Below, piece by piece: positions 18,527 to 28,225 of a stretch of DNA of 64,000 nt (positions within the stretch are counted from its first letter, which is position 1; each line of letters starts with the position of its first letter). The position numbers and the translations under genes are program-made. Below the pieces are notes generated by a model that saw only the letters and a program-made list of their open reading frames with translations, did not search any database and was not told the DNA's origin. The DNA is from a virus: positions 32,001 to 96,000 of the IMG/VR virus record IMGVR_UViG_3300042991_001118; one strand, given 5' to 3'.

Positions 18527-19447
18527 TCATAGATCAGTTTTGTTCCTAAAAGAGCAAAAACTAGTATTATCATTATTGCTTGCGTTTCTGGTGACATCGT
18601 CCATTTCCTCCAAAAATTTTTGTATTCTAATTTTCCCGACATCTATGTATTTGGATTCTTTCTCCACACCAATAGCTTTTCTACCATGCTTTATTGTGGC
18701 AACTATTGTCGTAGATACTCCGGCATATGGGTCTAAAACCAACTCTCCGATATTGCTCATCGCGAGAATACAACGCTCTGCGAGTTCAATCGGGTACTGA
18801 CATGGGTGAATCGTCTTTTCTGGGTGATTGTGTTTCACATTGGGAATACACCACACTTCATTGTGTGTTGTATCCAGTTGGAACTCCCAAAAATCAGACG
18901 GATTTTTCCCTAAAGGATTACAGGATAATTGCCCTTTCCTTGGACCTTTGAAATGTTTTTTCCCTGGATATTTTTGTGGAACCCTGACTTGGTCCAAATT
19001 GAACGTCGAAGTCTTTGACTTGGCAAAGCACAAGATCGTCTCATACCGACCTGAAAATTTATGTTTTGCATGCAGTCCATGTCCAAAATGCCACACCACG
19101 CGATTTCTCAAGAATAAAGGGGCTTTAAAAGATTTGAATATGTGGTAGTAGAAAATATCTAGAGGAAACAATTCACCGTCCTCTATGTAATTACCTACTT
19201 GCCAGCAGATGTTCCCATCTGGCTTTAGCACCCTTATGATTTCCTGGATTACTCCACGTTGTTCTGCTAAATATGTGAATAGTGGGGCTTTATTTTCATA
19301 CTCCTTTTGCATATTATATGGCGGAGATGAGACCACGAGATGCACAGATTCGTTTGACATGGTCTTTAGAAACGACAGGGCATCCCCGTGGTACAGGGTT
19401 ATTTTATTGTCTTCGTGATATTCGTTATGGATTTCAATGTTTTTCAT
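18527..19447 (-). CDS. N4-cytosine/N6-adenine DNA methyltransferase (beta class)
   Basis: SSPPYN; HPCQYP; LDPYAGVST. Confidence 0.9.
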   Translation of the reverse strand: MKNIEIHNEYHEDNKITLYHGDALSFLKTMSNESVHLVVSSPPYNMQKEYENKAPLFTYLAEQRGVIQEIIRVLKPDGNICWQVGNYIEDGELFPLDIFYYHIFKSFKAPLFLRNRVVWHFGHGLHAKHKFSGRYETILCFAKSKTSTFNLDQVRVPQKYPGKKHFKGPRKGQLSCNPLGKNPSDFWEFQLDTTHNEVWCIPNVKHNHPEKTIHPCQYPIELAERCILAMSNIGELVLDPYAGVSTTIVATIKHGRKAIGVEKESKYIDVGKIRIQKFLEEMDDVTRNASNNDNTSFCSFRNKTDL

Positions 19448-19991
19448 GTTTTGAATTCTTTTTCATTTTTTTAGACAGGTATCCAAACCAATATGCTCCA
19501 TAATCCTTAGCGCATTGGGATAGCTCAAATCCATGCTTTTTATAAAATTCTTTGGCTGTTTCAGGACACAGGACGCAAAACATTTTCATACTTGGCGCAG
19601 ATGTTAGGACATGAGAAATTAGGTATTTCACGATGTAGTCCCCTACGCCTTTACTTTGAAACTCAGGCTTTACTACGACATCCTGGAGATAAAAATATAC
19701 CCCATCTCCGATGACCCTACCCATCCCAGCAATTCCATCCTCGGTTTTTACCAAGATGAGAGAGAGTGTGTTCTGTATGGCTTTTTTTGTTGCTTCCGGA
19801 TCTAATTTGTCCCAACCAACAGATTCTCTCAATTTGTTGAAATCTTGGCATGTTATGCCATAGCTCAAGAAAATATGGAGTCCTTTCCTCGTATATGTTT
19901 CAAACATCTTTCTACCTTGAGATTCTCTTTCTATTTGCCTCTTCACGTCTTCTTTAATTTTTATTCTTGACATACAATCTATATCTCCCAT
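19434..19991 (-). CDS. GNAT family N-acetyltransferase
   Basis: GMGRVIGDG..YLQDVVVKPEFQSKGVG..FYKKHGF. Confidence 0.88.
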   Translation of the reverse strand: MGDIDCMSRIKIKEDVKRQIERESQGRKMFETYTRKGLHIFLSYGITCQDFNKLRESVGWDKLDPEATKKAIQNTLSLILVKTEDGIAGMGRVIGDGVYFYLQDVVVKPEFQSKGVGDYIVKYLISHVLTSAPSMKMFCVLCPETAKEFYKKHGFELSQCAKDYGAYWFGYLSKKMKKNSKHEKH

Positions 19992-20109
19992 GTGGATATG
20001 GCTTTTCTTGTGCCTGCAAAATTCCGATTTTTCTTAGCATATCATAGAGAATGCATCGCGAAAACTCGTCTAGTTGGATATACGACATTTCTAAATCCAT
20101 CCTAGAAAA

Positions 20110-20343
20110 TTATGATACATGATAAACAGTCTCATTCCTTGGCAGGCAACTAGTTACCTGCCTTATCTCACAACTGAATGGATTATATTCAATTTTTGGT
20201 TTTTTTATGGTCTGCTGGATAATAATCCATTCAGTTGTGTCCATTGAGACACGTATTGATATCTTAAGGGAATATGTCTCCCCGATATCTACGCTTTGCC
20301 TTCTCAATTCGTCCCCCAACATTTTAATCAGAGCGCATTTCAT
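20110..20343 (-). CDS. hypothetical protein
   Basis: ATGA overlap with the upstream gene. Confidence 0.5.
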   Translation of the reverse strand: MKCALIKMLGDELRRQSVDIGETYSLKISIRVSMDTTEWIIIQQTIKKPKIEYNPFSCEIRQVTSCLPRNETVYHVS

Positions 20344-20783
20344 AATAGTTTCCCTCTAAATATTTTTGCTGTCACGATGGTGTATTCTTCCAGGATTTCA
20401 AAACACTTTTTTATAATTGGTGTCCCGTCGGGTATTCCATCCGATGCATAAAGTATCCAGTCTTCTTTCTGGATTTTATCGAATTTTTGATAGATATCAG
20501 GGGCATCGGTCGATGCCCAAATTTTTATGCATTTACCCGGATTGCCTTTTTGTGAAAATATCTGGATCGGAATTTTTTGGTTTGTCTTTGTTATCACGAT
20601 ATCCCCTATAAGAGATATCCTTCGTGCGAAAAACGATGTACCACGCTTTTCGAGATATTGCACCCTTTCACTTTTTTCTCGATTTTTAGATTTTGCATTC
20701 CTCCTCAACGCAATCTTTTGTTTCTTGAGATTTCGTGCGCTCTGATTGCGTATCCTTTGTTTTTTTAGACGTGGATTCTCCAT
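20340..20783 (-). CDS. hypothetical protein with a basic N-terminus
   Basis: AAGGG RBS, operon context. Confidence 0.55.
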   Translation of the reverse strand: MENPRLKKQRIRNQSARNLKKQKIALRRNAKSKNREKSERVQYLEKRGTSFFARRISLIGDIVITKTNQKIPIQIFSQKGNPGKCIKIWASTDAPDIYQKFDKIQKEDWILYASDGIPDGTPIIKKCFEILEEYTIVTAKIFRGKLL

Positions 20784-20791
20784 GTTCCCTC

Positions 20792-21403
20792 TTATTTTCT
20801 TATTGATGTATTTGAAAGAGTCAATGCCCTATTGTGGCGAATACAGGATTGGCATTCGCCACATGGTCTGGATTCGTCTCCTTGGCAAAACCAAATGTTT
20901 TCTAGGCATTTTTTTTGTACTTTGTCAGACATCATATTCTCTATGATTTCCGATTTTTCCATGTTAATTATTGGAAAGGAAATAGAGATGCCTTTTCTTG
21001 TTATCGAATTGTACTCAGAAGCGATCCCTTTAATTTCGTGGAGATATTGGATCGCCACATCTCCCGAAACATACCCAAGATAAAGAGTCTCTTCTGGCAT
21101 TGCATGTATTAGTCCTAAAAAAGCCCATATCGCGGGTTGTGCTATTCCATCTTCACCTGCTGGTCCAAGCCAGTATCTTTTGCTTTCATAAGAAAGAGAT
21201 ATTTCAGTATGAAAGAATTTCCAGCCCTCGTCATTGAGAATTTTTTTGATTTTATTTCGACTTCCCCTGCATTTCTTCGATCCAGATATCTGCGGGCAAT
21301 TGAGAGAAATTGTTCTAATTACATGTGGAGAATCTTGCTGTTCTATGAGCGTCTTTATCAAGAGATATGTACTGTCTAGTCCACCAGACCATAAAATCAA
21401 CAT
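20792..21403 (-). CDS. queC: QueC-like 7-cyano-7-deazaguanine synthase / PP-loop ATPase
   Basis: LWSGGLDST PP-loop; P.I.M.KSEI; WFC...PCGECQSC Zn motif. Confidence 0.78.
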   Translation of the reverse strand: MLILWSGGLDSTYLLIKTLIEQQDSPHVIRTISLNCPQISGSKKCRGSRNKIKKILNDEGWKFFHTEISLSYESKRYWLGPAGEDGIAQPAIWAFLGLIHAMPEETLYLGYVSGDVAIQYLHEIKGIASEYNSITRKGISISFPIINMEKSEIIENMMSDKVQKKCLENIWFCQGDESRPCGECQSCIRHNRALTLSNTSIRK

Positions 21404-21416
21404 GTTTTATTTTCCT

Positions 21417-21836
21417 TTATGATATTGGGTTTGGTACCACTGGTTTTGGTTCAAGAAAAAATTCGATGAATTCAGCAGATGTTACCTTGTCTATATCTTT
21501 GGGATCGTCCGATGAGGTTTTTATTTTATAACCTAAAACATACATGTCTGAGACATTCAGACTTTTGGACTCGTACAGTGCCTTCGCGATATATCTGCAC
21601 GCCGAGTTTTTTCTGGGGCTGTCCAGTATCAATTGGCACTGAACAGATTCTATAACGGAATTTTTTGGTTTGTCTTTATATGTGCAGAGAAACGAAAATT
21701 CCTTTAGTATACCGATTGGATGTCCCTCCAGAAGAATGGGAATTTCTCCATGGTATTTTGCCACGATTTTAACAAATTCTTTATGCCAATCAATGCCCTG
21801 AATAGGCATTGGCAGCTTGATATTTACATATTCCAT
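21417..21836 (-). CDS. hypothetical protein
   Basis: AGGAG RBS. Confidence 0.55.
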   Translation of the reverse strand: MEYVNIKLPMPIQGIDWHKEFVKIVAKYHGEIPILLEGHPIGILKEFSFLCTYKDKPKNSVIESVQCQLILDSPRKNSACRYIAKALYESKSLNVSDMYVLGYKIKTSSDDPKDIDKVTSAEFIEFFLEPKPVVPNPIS

Positions 21837-21838
21837 CG

Positions 21839-22039
21839 CTAATTTTCTCCTAACTTTTCCATCCTCTTATCAATTTCCATGGCGCATTCCATACAGCAAG
21901 TATGCATCTCTAGGATAGAGATTGCGCTAAATTTTACGGTACGGATATACCAATCTTTAGGCTGTATGGAACTCCCGTTAATATTTATCCTGGCAGGTTC
22001 CTGCTTTCCACATGCGTCACACTGGTATTTTACAGACAT
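21839..22039 (-). CDS. small Zn-binding protein
   Basis: CDACG...CCMEC. Confidence 0.6.
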   Translation of the reverse strand: MSVKYQCDACGKQEPARININGSSIQPKDWYIRTVKFSAISILEMHTCCMECAMEIDKRMEKLGEN

Positions 22040-22051
22040 ATTGTGTCCTTT

Positions 22052-22573
22052 TTACTGAGCCAACAAGAGTGTTGTCTTATCAGCCCAGATATCGTATTCG
22101 CTCGCATTCTTTTCGTAATCGATATATTTCTTCTCAATTTCTTGTAAAACATCTTGGTATTCATTTACATCAAGATGTTTTATTTGAGTTCTCTCCATCT
22201 GCTTTTCAATGAACTCTCTCTGCTTTTGTAAGGTTAAAATGTTGTCTTTTTGATATGGGAACAGAGGCAGAGTTTCCAATATTTCCACGGCATTTTTAAA
22301 TCCTTTTACATGCCTTCCCGTCCAGGTTTGGAGCAGATATGTATAGGCTTCTAAGAGGTATCCCAATAGTCGAAGACTCTTTATTATTGGTTCTATTTTT
22401 CGATGTGGTGGATCGACATCTTCTGTGGCATATGTCTTGTCTTTTTTATATTCTCCCTGTTCCAAATCCAGGGAATTTTTGATTCCATATATTAGAGGGA
22501 GAACCCTTGATTTTTTGTCAAGGAATCTGACGTTGATATATGGAATCAAAGATTCTATTTTTTCTGTTTTCAT
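22052..22573 (-). CDS. hypothetical protein (start likely MKTEK)
   Basis: ORF follows the MTase stop. Confidence 0.5.
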   Translation of the reverse strand: MKTEKIESLIPYINVRFLDKKSRVLPLIYGIKNSLDLEQGEYKKDKTYATEDVDPPHRKIEPIIKSLRLLGYLLEAYTYLLQTWTGRHVKGFKNAVEILETLPLFPYQKDNILTLQKQREFIEKQMERTQIKHLDVNEYQDVLQEIEKKYIDYEKNASEYDIWADKTTLLLAQ

Positions 22574-22583
22574 GTTTTGTCTT

Positions 22584-23285
22584 TTACCAGGAGAATATAT
22601 CCTGGCGTTCCTTCCCTGAAATATGCAGAACAACTTCTGTTGTCTTTTTCCTTAATCCTACGATTTCTCCCAGTTTAGACTTAAATGGCATCCAGTTTGC
22701 GCCAAGAGATTCGCATACTATTTTTTGTCCAAGTCTTGTTTCAATCCAGAATGCCAGGGCTTTATAGTCCAGGTTGTTCCCGACCTTATAGTTTTTCCCT
22801 GCAACTTGGTAAGGCGGATCGATGAACCAAGTTGCTTTTATGTCAGGTGACAGAAGATAACTGCCCTGGACGAATTTCCAATGGCGTATCTTATAGAGAT
22901 TTTCCGCTATGTATTTCAATCGTTTCCCTTGGGATTCTGGTCTATCTATCGTCCGCCATCTCGTAGGCATTCTCCTTGGACTTTCAGGCGCAGCCGAAAT
23001 AATAAAGCCAACTAGGTCTTTCTGTTCTTTGCAATCCCAGGAGAAGTCATCCACGCATTCTCCTAATTTCATTTGGCGTATCCCAAGGATATCTTTCTCG
23101 GTACACCCCTGTAGCCATTTCCAAAGATTGATAATGACATCATATGCGTCAACTAGAATGACATCATTCTCCCAATATCTCAAGGAATATTGTGCGCTTC
23201 CGGCGAATGGTTCAATGATCGTCGAGAATTCTGGTTTTGGATATTTTTTGGCCAGACGAAATTTAGAACCAAAATATGGGAACAT
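22584..23285 (-). CDS. Dam/D12-class N6-adenine methyltransferase-like protein
   Basis: FPYFGSK, EPFAGSA, IDPPY. Confidence 0.85.
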   Translation of the reverse strand: MFPYFGSKFRLAKKYPKPEFSTIIEPFAGSAQYSLRYWENDVILVDAYDVIINLWKWLQGCTEKDILGIRQMKLGECVDDFSWDCKEQKDLVGFIISAAPESPRRMPTRWRTIDRPESQGKRLKYIAENLYKIRHWKFVQGSYLLSPDIKATWFIDPPYQVAGKNYKVGNNLDYKALAFWIETRLGQKIVCESLGANWMPFKSKLGEIVGLRKKTTEVVLHISGKERQDIFSW

Positions 23286-23289
23286 ATCT

Positions 23290-23595
23290 TTACTCCTTCA
23301 ACAAGGATTCCATTTTTTTAATGATTTCCAGCAGTTTTTCCTTTTCGCTCCTAATCTCTCTGGAAAGCAGGTAATGCGCAACGCTATATTCCACAGCCCA
23401 TTCGTCTACTTTGTACATTTTTGAACCAACTTTCAATTGACCTTTTCTTGGGGCATTGAAGTTTACTATGACGATTTTCTTTCCATTTTGGTATTGAGCA
23501 TAGCCTTCACTAATATCTTCTTTCACGAATTTTATTTTTTGCAATCCATTTTTACATGGATTTTTGAGCAAAAATAGTTCATTTGGGTATTCCAT
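23290..23595 (-). CDS. hypothetical protein
   Basis: operon context, RBS. Confidence 0.55.
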   Translation of the reverse strand: MEYPNELFLLKNPCKNGLQKIKFVKEDISEGYAQYQNGKKIVIVNFNAPRKGQLKVGSKMYKVDEWAVEYSVAHYLLSREIRSEKEKLLEIIKKMESLLKE

Positions 23596-23597
23596 AT

Positions 23598-24014
23598 TTA
23601 GTCCTTTAAATAGGCTGCAAAATATTCCATTTTCCCTGGTCCATAAGTGTGCGATTTTACTCTAATTTTTACGGAGGAATCTTCTATAACATGAAAAGAA
23701 TCAAAGAGCATTTCTGTACTTAGAATATTTTCTAATGCTTTAAGACATGGCAGAAATAATTTCGTCCTGTCTATAAATTCTGTTTTCAAAATAGGTTCAA
23801 AATTCATATAAAATATATGGTGAACTACTGGGGGATTCCCCACAAGGGAACTTTCGTTTTCATATTTTGAGTAGTGGGAAAACAATATATGGTTTTCTCT
23901 TGCCTTTAAATAACTGAAGAGAAACGACCTATTTTGTGGCTTATTGTCTATTTCTTCCTTTCCGTTTCCACCCTCTCGTTCTATACATAGTTTTTCTAAC
24001 GCTCTCTCATCCAT
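23598..24014 (-). CDS. hypothetical protein
   Basis: GAGG RBS. Confidence 0.55.
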   Translation of the reverse strand: MDERALEKLCIEREGGNGKEEIDNKPQNRSFLFSYLKARENHILFSHYSKYENESSLVGNPPVVHHIFYMNFEPILKTEFIDRTKLFLPCLKALENILSTEMLFDSFHVIEDSSVKIRVKSHTYGPGKMEYFAAYLKD

Positions 24015-24364
24015 TTAGCATCCTCTCTTTCCATCTTTATCGCTTCTTGTTCTGCCTCGTATCTGATAAACCACCACCAGAACTTTCCATCTTCTGTTGT
24101 TTCCCATTCCCCAGTTTTCCAGGATTCCCATTTCTTCTCCCATTTGCGCACCATTGCTTCGTCGCTCATGGTGTCGCATCCTTCGCAAGTGATGGGATTC
24201 CCAAAGATTTTTTTATGATTTGTCGTGATGATTCGGAAATAATCTCCCAGAACGAATTTCTTTCCACAGAATGCACACCTACAATACTCTCCAGGCTTAC
24301 CACGAAGCCACCTAGATTTTAAATGTGATTCCGCTATGCGTTGTGGTTTTCCATGAAATTGCAT
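23996..24364 (-). CDS. Cys-rich hypothetical protein (start uncertain)
   Basis: CAFCG...TCEGC. Confidence 0.45.
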   Translation of the reverse strand: MQFHGKPQRIAESHLKSRWLRGKPGEYCRCAFCGKKFVLGDYFRIITTNHKKIFGNPITCEGCDTMSDEAMVRKWEKKWESWKTGEWETTEDGKFWWWFIRYEAEQEAIKMEREDAKWMRER

Positions 24365-24651
24365 TTTTTCCAATCCTTCTCTGCAATAATTTTGCTGCGT
24401 AACAAGAATTCTTCTACGTCCTGTAGAAGCGTTTTCTTGATGGATGCTGATTTGGTAATCGCAAAGCGCACTTTGTTTTCCTGTAAAGAATTTTCTACAG
24501 GGACATATATCAGGGTGCAGAGGAATCCAGTGGTTCCAAGTCCCAATTTTGGAACCGTGCATTGCAGCAAATTTGGGACAAAAACTACTTCTAGTCTTAC
24601 CCGATAAAGTCTAGATTTCAAATGGGATTCTAAGTTTTCTAAAATATCCAT
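24334..24651 (-). CDS. Cys-containing hypothetical protein
   Basis: GGAGG RBS. Confidence 0.55.
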   Translation of the reverse strand: MDILENLESHLKSRLYRVRLEVVFVPNLLQCTVPKLGLGTTGFLCTLIYVPVENSLQENKVRFAITKSASIKKTLLQDVEEFLLRSKIIAEKDWKKCNFMENHNA

Positions 24652-24662
24652 ATTCCTCCTAT

Positions 24663-24683
24663 GAGGTCGCGTATTGCGACCTC
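24663..24683. terminator. intergenic GC-rich hairpin
   Basis: GAGGTCGC-GTATT-GCGACCTC. Confidence 0.5.
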
Positions 24684-24687
24684 TCCT

Positions 24688-25119
24688 TTAGAATGGGCAT
24701 TCAGGTTTTGTTGACGGTTGGAGAATTTTTTCTTCTGTTTGTGGATATTCTATCCCAGATATTTGTGCTGTTTTTAGTGGTAAAGGTATCTTTAAAGGCA
24801 CTTCTTGTTTTACGATTTTTTTTGGCTTTGTCTTGTGTTTTTGTTCTTCCGCTGAGACGTACGAATACGAAAGAACAATCCCATCCTTCAATTGAAGGAA
24901 AAATTTTGCGATTAAATAAACATCTCCCGTAGAATACTCCACAGTGGAACTCTCATGAATTCCCTTCCCGCATAAGTATCCCACTCTCTCATCAGATGGG
25001 GAGTCCTCGGCAATTACCTTCCCACCCGACATGATTTTAAAGGTACCTGGGACTATCGGAGTAAACTCCGTCTTCCCAATAATTTTGGTTTGGCACATTG
25101 ATTCTTTCTTGATATTCAC
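24688..25119 (-). CDS. protein with one copy of the beta-rich domain repeated in the sheath and baseplate
   Basis: PIVPGTFKI..IAED...GYL.G....STVEYSTGDV.L. Confidence 0.6.
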   Translation of the reverse strand: MNIKKESMCQTKIIGKTEFTPIVPGTFKIMSGGKVIAEDSPSDERVGYLCGKGIHESSTVEYSTGDVYLIAKFFLQLKDGIVLSYSYVSAEEQKHKTKPKKIVKQEVPLKIPLPLKTAQISGIEYPQTEEKILQPSTKPECPF

Positions 25120-25228
25120 TTATTTTTCCTCCAGGTTAAGATGTTTTCTTGCATCTCATACAAAAAACTTTGTTATTTTGTCTCTCTATCGTCATACGAG
25201 ACCCACAATTTGGACAAGGTTTCATTTT

Positions 25229-25924
25229 TTATCCCCAAAATAATCTTTTGATTTCCTCACAAGAAGTGTTTAAAACCTCTTCTTGTCCCTTCGCTGCGTC
25301 TATCTCTACAATTTTCGTCATGGGCGGGACATGAGAGAAGACGTACTTGTAGTTTTCCTTCACATTTTCGAGTGTCGCATCGAAAATGTCGCTATGTTGC
25401 CCATCTCGCGATTTTCTTCTTTTCCCTGCGACCTCAATCGGCAAATTGAGATACAGCACGATATCTGGTAGAGGTATTGAAGAGAAAGACATTCCATTTA
25501 TTCCGATCAGCCAAGACCAAAGACTCCGGTCCTTGTCCAGTTGGTATGCTAGCGTTGAGTATACATACCTGTCACAGATAATGTTGTACCCAGACAATAA
25601 TGCCGGGCGCAGCACGTTATTGATATGATCTATCCTGTCAGCCGCAAAGAGCAGCGATAGCTCGGCGATTGCTAATTCATTGTATGTTTTTGCTGCTGAT
25701 GGGTTATTTAAACCCTCTGCCGTAAAGAGGGAAGTCCTTCCCGTGATGAATTGCTTTAAAAGACATCCAACCGGACCGTCCGTTGGCTCTTTTGTTCCTA
25801 ATATTGGGACTTCTTTACTTTTAAAGTATGACACGATCCCTTTTTGGAGCGTCGTGATTCCGCTACCATCAATACCTTCTATCACGATAAATTTCCCAAT
25901 ATTCATACGTATTCCTCTTTCCAT
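25229..25924 (-). CDS. tmk: thymidylate kinase
   Basis: FIVIEGIDGSG, KEPT, LLFAADR.DH, CDRY..S.LAYQ, PD. Confidence 0.9.
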   Translation of the reverse strand: MERGIRMNIGKFIVIEGIDGSGITTLQKGIVSYFKSKEVPILGTKEPTDGPVGCLLKQFITGRTSLFTAEGLNNPSAAKTYNELAIAELSLLFAADRIDHINNVLRPALLSGYNIICDRYVYSTLAYQLDKDRSLWSWLIGINGMSFSSIPLPDIVLYLNLPIEVAGKRRKSRDGQHSDIFDATLENVKENYKYVFSHVPPMTKIVEIDAAKGQEEVLNTSCEEIKRLFWG

Positions 25925-26202
25925 CTTGGTCGTAATAGAGGGAAGGCGTTCTTGTGGTTCCCCTTTAGCATGTCAAATAACATATACCCTAGTCCTAGTG
26001 ACTTCAATCCAAAATCTCCTTTCAATTCTTTCAAAAACTCTTTACACAAATCCTCCGGTGGTTCAGATTTAAACACCAAGATTCCATTGATGTTTAAATC
26101 TGGATTTTTTAAAAACATTACAAAACCACCGCCACTTTCTAAATTTGGCTTTGGATCGAATACAAGCCTTTTATATTGGCTTTGTTGTTCTAGAATAGGC
26201 AT
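25903..26202 (-). CDS. hypothetical protein
   Basis: GGAGG RBS, overlaps neighbours. Confidence 0.55.
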   Translation of the reverse strand: MPILEQQSQYKRLVFDPKPNLESGGGFVMFLKNPDLNINGILVFKSEPPEDLCKEFLKELKGDFGLKSLGLGYMLFDMLKGNHKNAFPLLRPRWKEEYV

Positions 26203-27089
26203 TTTTTGCCCTCCATGTAACTAAAAATATGCGCAACTACATCTACGGTCCACCCATTCCCCAGCATTTTATACCTCTGAAAATTTGATACACCATAGGT
26301 GTACCCAATCGGGACGGTCTGTAATTTTTCGCACTCTTCCGGGGTGAACTTCCGTAGCTCTCCGTGGACGTTTATTTTATTATTTTCTATCCAACTACCG
26401 TTGGATGTAATGGTTGGTGTAATGTCAAAAAACTTTTTACCTTTGTTGTATCCATGTGCCCTTTGGTCTACATAGACCATCGTCCTCTGCGATCTACCTC
26501 GCAGATAGTCGTTTCTCCCACATTTAGCATACGTTGCCGTTAAGCAGTATGCTAACTGTCGGTCTACCATGCCGGATTCGATTATGTCTTCCAGCACGAC
26601 ATTTCTCTTATCCGGTTGCGGAAAAGGCCAATTCGCCCAATACATTCTTTTCCTAGACTGTGCTGAGACTAAGGAGGAATCGACCTTTACTGGACGTATC
26701 CCTATCCTGTCTGAAATCACATCTAGCCATTCTTGTTTCATGCATACGTTTTCTAAAAAAACGTATTTTGGCTTTATCGCTTGGACAATAGAGATAAATT
26801 CCAGAACCAACTGACTTCTTGGGTCTTTAAATCCCAGGGATTTACCACATATTGAAAACCCCTGGCATGGAGACCCACCCATGACTAAATCGATTTTCGG
26901 TAGCGTTCCGATCCAATCACTCCACTCCTTGATATCTCCAAGCTGAATCGTGGAGGGGAAATTTTTCTGGGTAATCGAAATACAATATTTATCGGTCTCT
27001 GACGAAAAATATTGATCTACCGGAATCCCTGCTTTTTTTAGTGCTATCTGTCCACACGACATCCCATCGAAACAAGACAAAACATTCAT
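26190..27089 (-). CDS. dcm: C5-cytosine DNA methyltransferase
   Basis: VLSCFDG, GGSPCQGFS, LENV, QSRKR, LGNGW. Confidence 0.92.
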   Translation of the reverse strand: MNVLSCFDGMSCGQIALKKAGIPVDQYFSSETDKYCISITQKNFPSTIQLGDIKEWSDWIGTLPKIDLVMGGSPCQGFSICGKSLGFKDPRSQLVLEFISIVQAIKPKYVFLENVCMKQEWLDVISDRIGIRPVKVDSSLVSAQSRKRMYWANWPFPQPDKRNVVLEDIIESGMVDRQLAYCLTATYAKCGRNDYLRGRSQRTMVYVDQRAHGYNKGKKFFDITPTITSNGSWIENNKINVHGELRKFTPEECEKLQTVPIGYTYGVSNFQRYKMLGNGWTVDVVAHIFSYMEGKKCLF

Positions 27090-27113
27090 GTCTAATCCTC
27101 CTTTCTAAGGATG

Positions 27114-27204
27114 ATTGTACCTGTTTTGTCTTGTATTGTCAAGAATAAAATTATAAAAAATATAGCATAAAGGTTAAGAAAATTTTATATGCTATATTTT
27201 TTAT
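27114..27204 (-). promoter_or_regulatory. sigma70 promoter of the early operon plus an upstream 17-bp perfect inverted repeat
   Basis: TTGACA(27142-27137)-N17-TACAAT; ATAAAAAATATAGCATA at 27153-27169 / 27188-27204. Confidence 0.65.
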
Positions 27205-27211
27205 TAGGATG

Positions 27212-27811
27212 TTATCCGTTTAGGATTTGCCGGATAAAATTCTGTTTCTGTCGTGATAGTAAATGTTCCAATATCTCGAAGACATCTGGTTCTATTGCAT
27301 AAAGCAATTCTAGGATTCTAGCATGTGCGGATACCTGCCCAAATTCTTTATCTATTGCTTTTGGCAGAAGTATCGGACCTGGTGTATAGAGCGCGTCTAC
27401 TTTGATTTCATAGCTGGTGTAAATCCATGGGAGTTTGAATTTTTTTGCTAAAATCAATTCTGGATATTTCTCCAGGTATACATCTTTTTCATATCCAACT
27501 GGCAAGACCGTCGTCCCGATTGGAAGGATTTGCCATGTGGATTTTTTCCATTTTTTATTTTTTGCCCAGTACTGGACATGCAGAGCCTCTTTTAACAAAA
27601 TCCACTCGTTATTTTTTGTACACCATTTCCCCCAATATTCAAGCCTTTCCGCCACGGTATTAAATGAAATTAAGTCTCCAATAGAAGCTACAGAGATTTT
27701 ATCTTCTGTGATATTCCTGTTTTTAATAACAGAATTTACCCAATCAATCGAGCTTCCTCGTGGAATAGAAAATCCTATCATATCAATTTCCTTGGCCAAT
27801 ATTGTACACAT
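27212..27811 (-). CDS. hypothetical protein
   Basis: 199-aa ORF. Confidence 0.55.
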   Translation of the reverse strand: MCTILAKEIDMIGFSIPRGSSIDWVNSVIKNRNITEDKISVASIGDLISFNTVAERLEYWGKWCTKNNEWILLKEALHVQYWAKNKKWKKSTWQILPIGTTVLPVGYEKDVYLEKYPELILAKKFKLPWIYTSYEIKVDALYTPGPILLPKAIDKEFGQVSAHARILELLYAIEPDVFEILEHLLSRQKQNFIRQILNG

Positions 27812-28221
27812 TCATGTCCATTGGCTAAAAAACACTCCGTTGTATGGAACCTATTTAGTTTAATAGCAAAATCGATATCGTCTTTTTTTGCGATTAAATC
27901 TGGGAGAACGCCAGAAAACAAACGCTCTTCTGGCATCCTGCAATCGAAACAACGTACACATATAAATTTTCGGAACACTACCATTTTGGATATTGGGACA
28001 TCTTTGTCTAAATTTGGGACATTTTTGTCTGGAGTAGATGCCGTGGTATACCAAGCCTTCTGTGGAATTTTGTTCCCAGACAATGCGATAATGCAGAGAA
28101 TTTCATTACAAGAATCAATAAAGCCTAAATCTAGCATGGCTTTGTGTATTTCGTTAGGTTTACTGATTGGTGATATTCCAATTTTTTTATTCAATACATG
28201 TTCGGACATGACATGCCACAT
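27778..28221 (-). CDS. hypothetical protein
   Basis: GAGG RBS. Confidence 0.5.
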   Translation of the reverse strand: MWHVMSEHVLNKKIGISPISKPNEIHKAMLDLGFIDSCNEILCIIALSGNKIPQKAWYTTASTPDKNVPNLDKDVPISKMVVFRKFICVRCFDCRMPEERLFSGVLPDLIAKKDDIDFAIKLNRFHTTECFLANGHECVQYWPRKLI

Positions 28222-28225
28222 TGCC

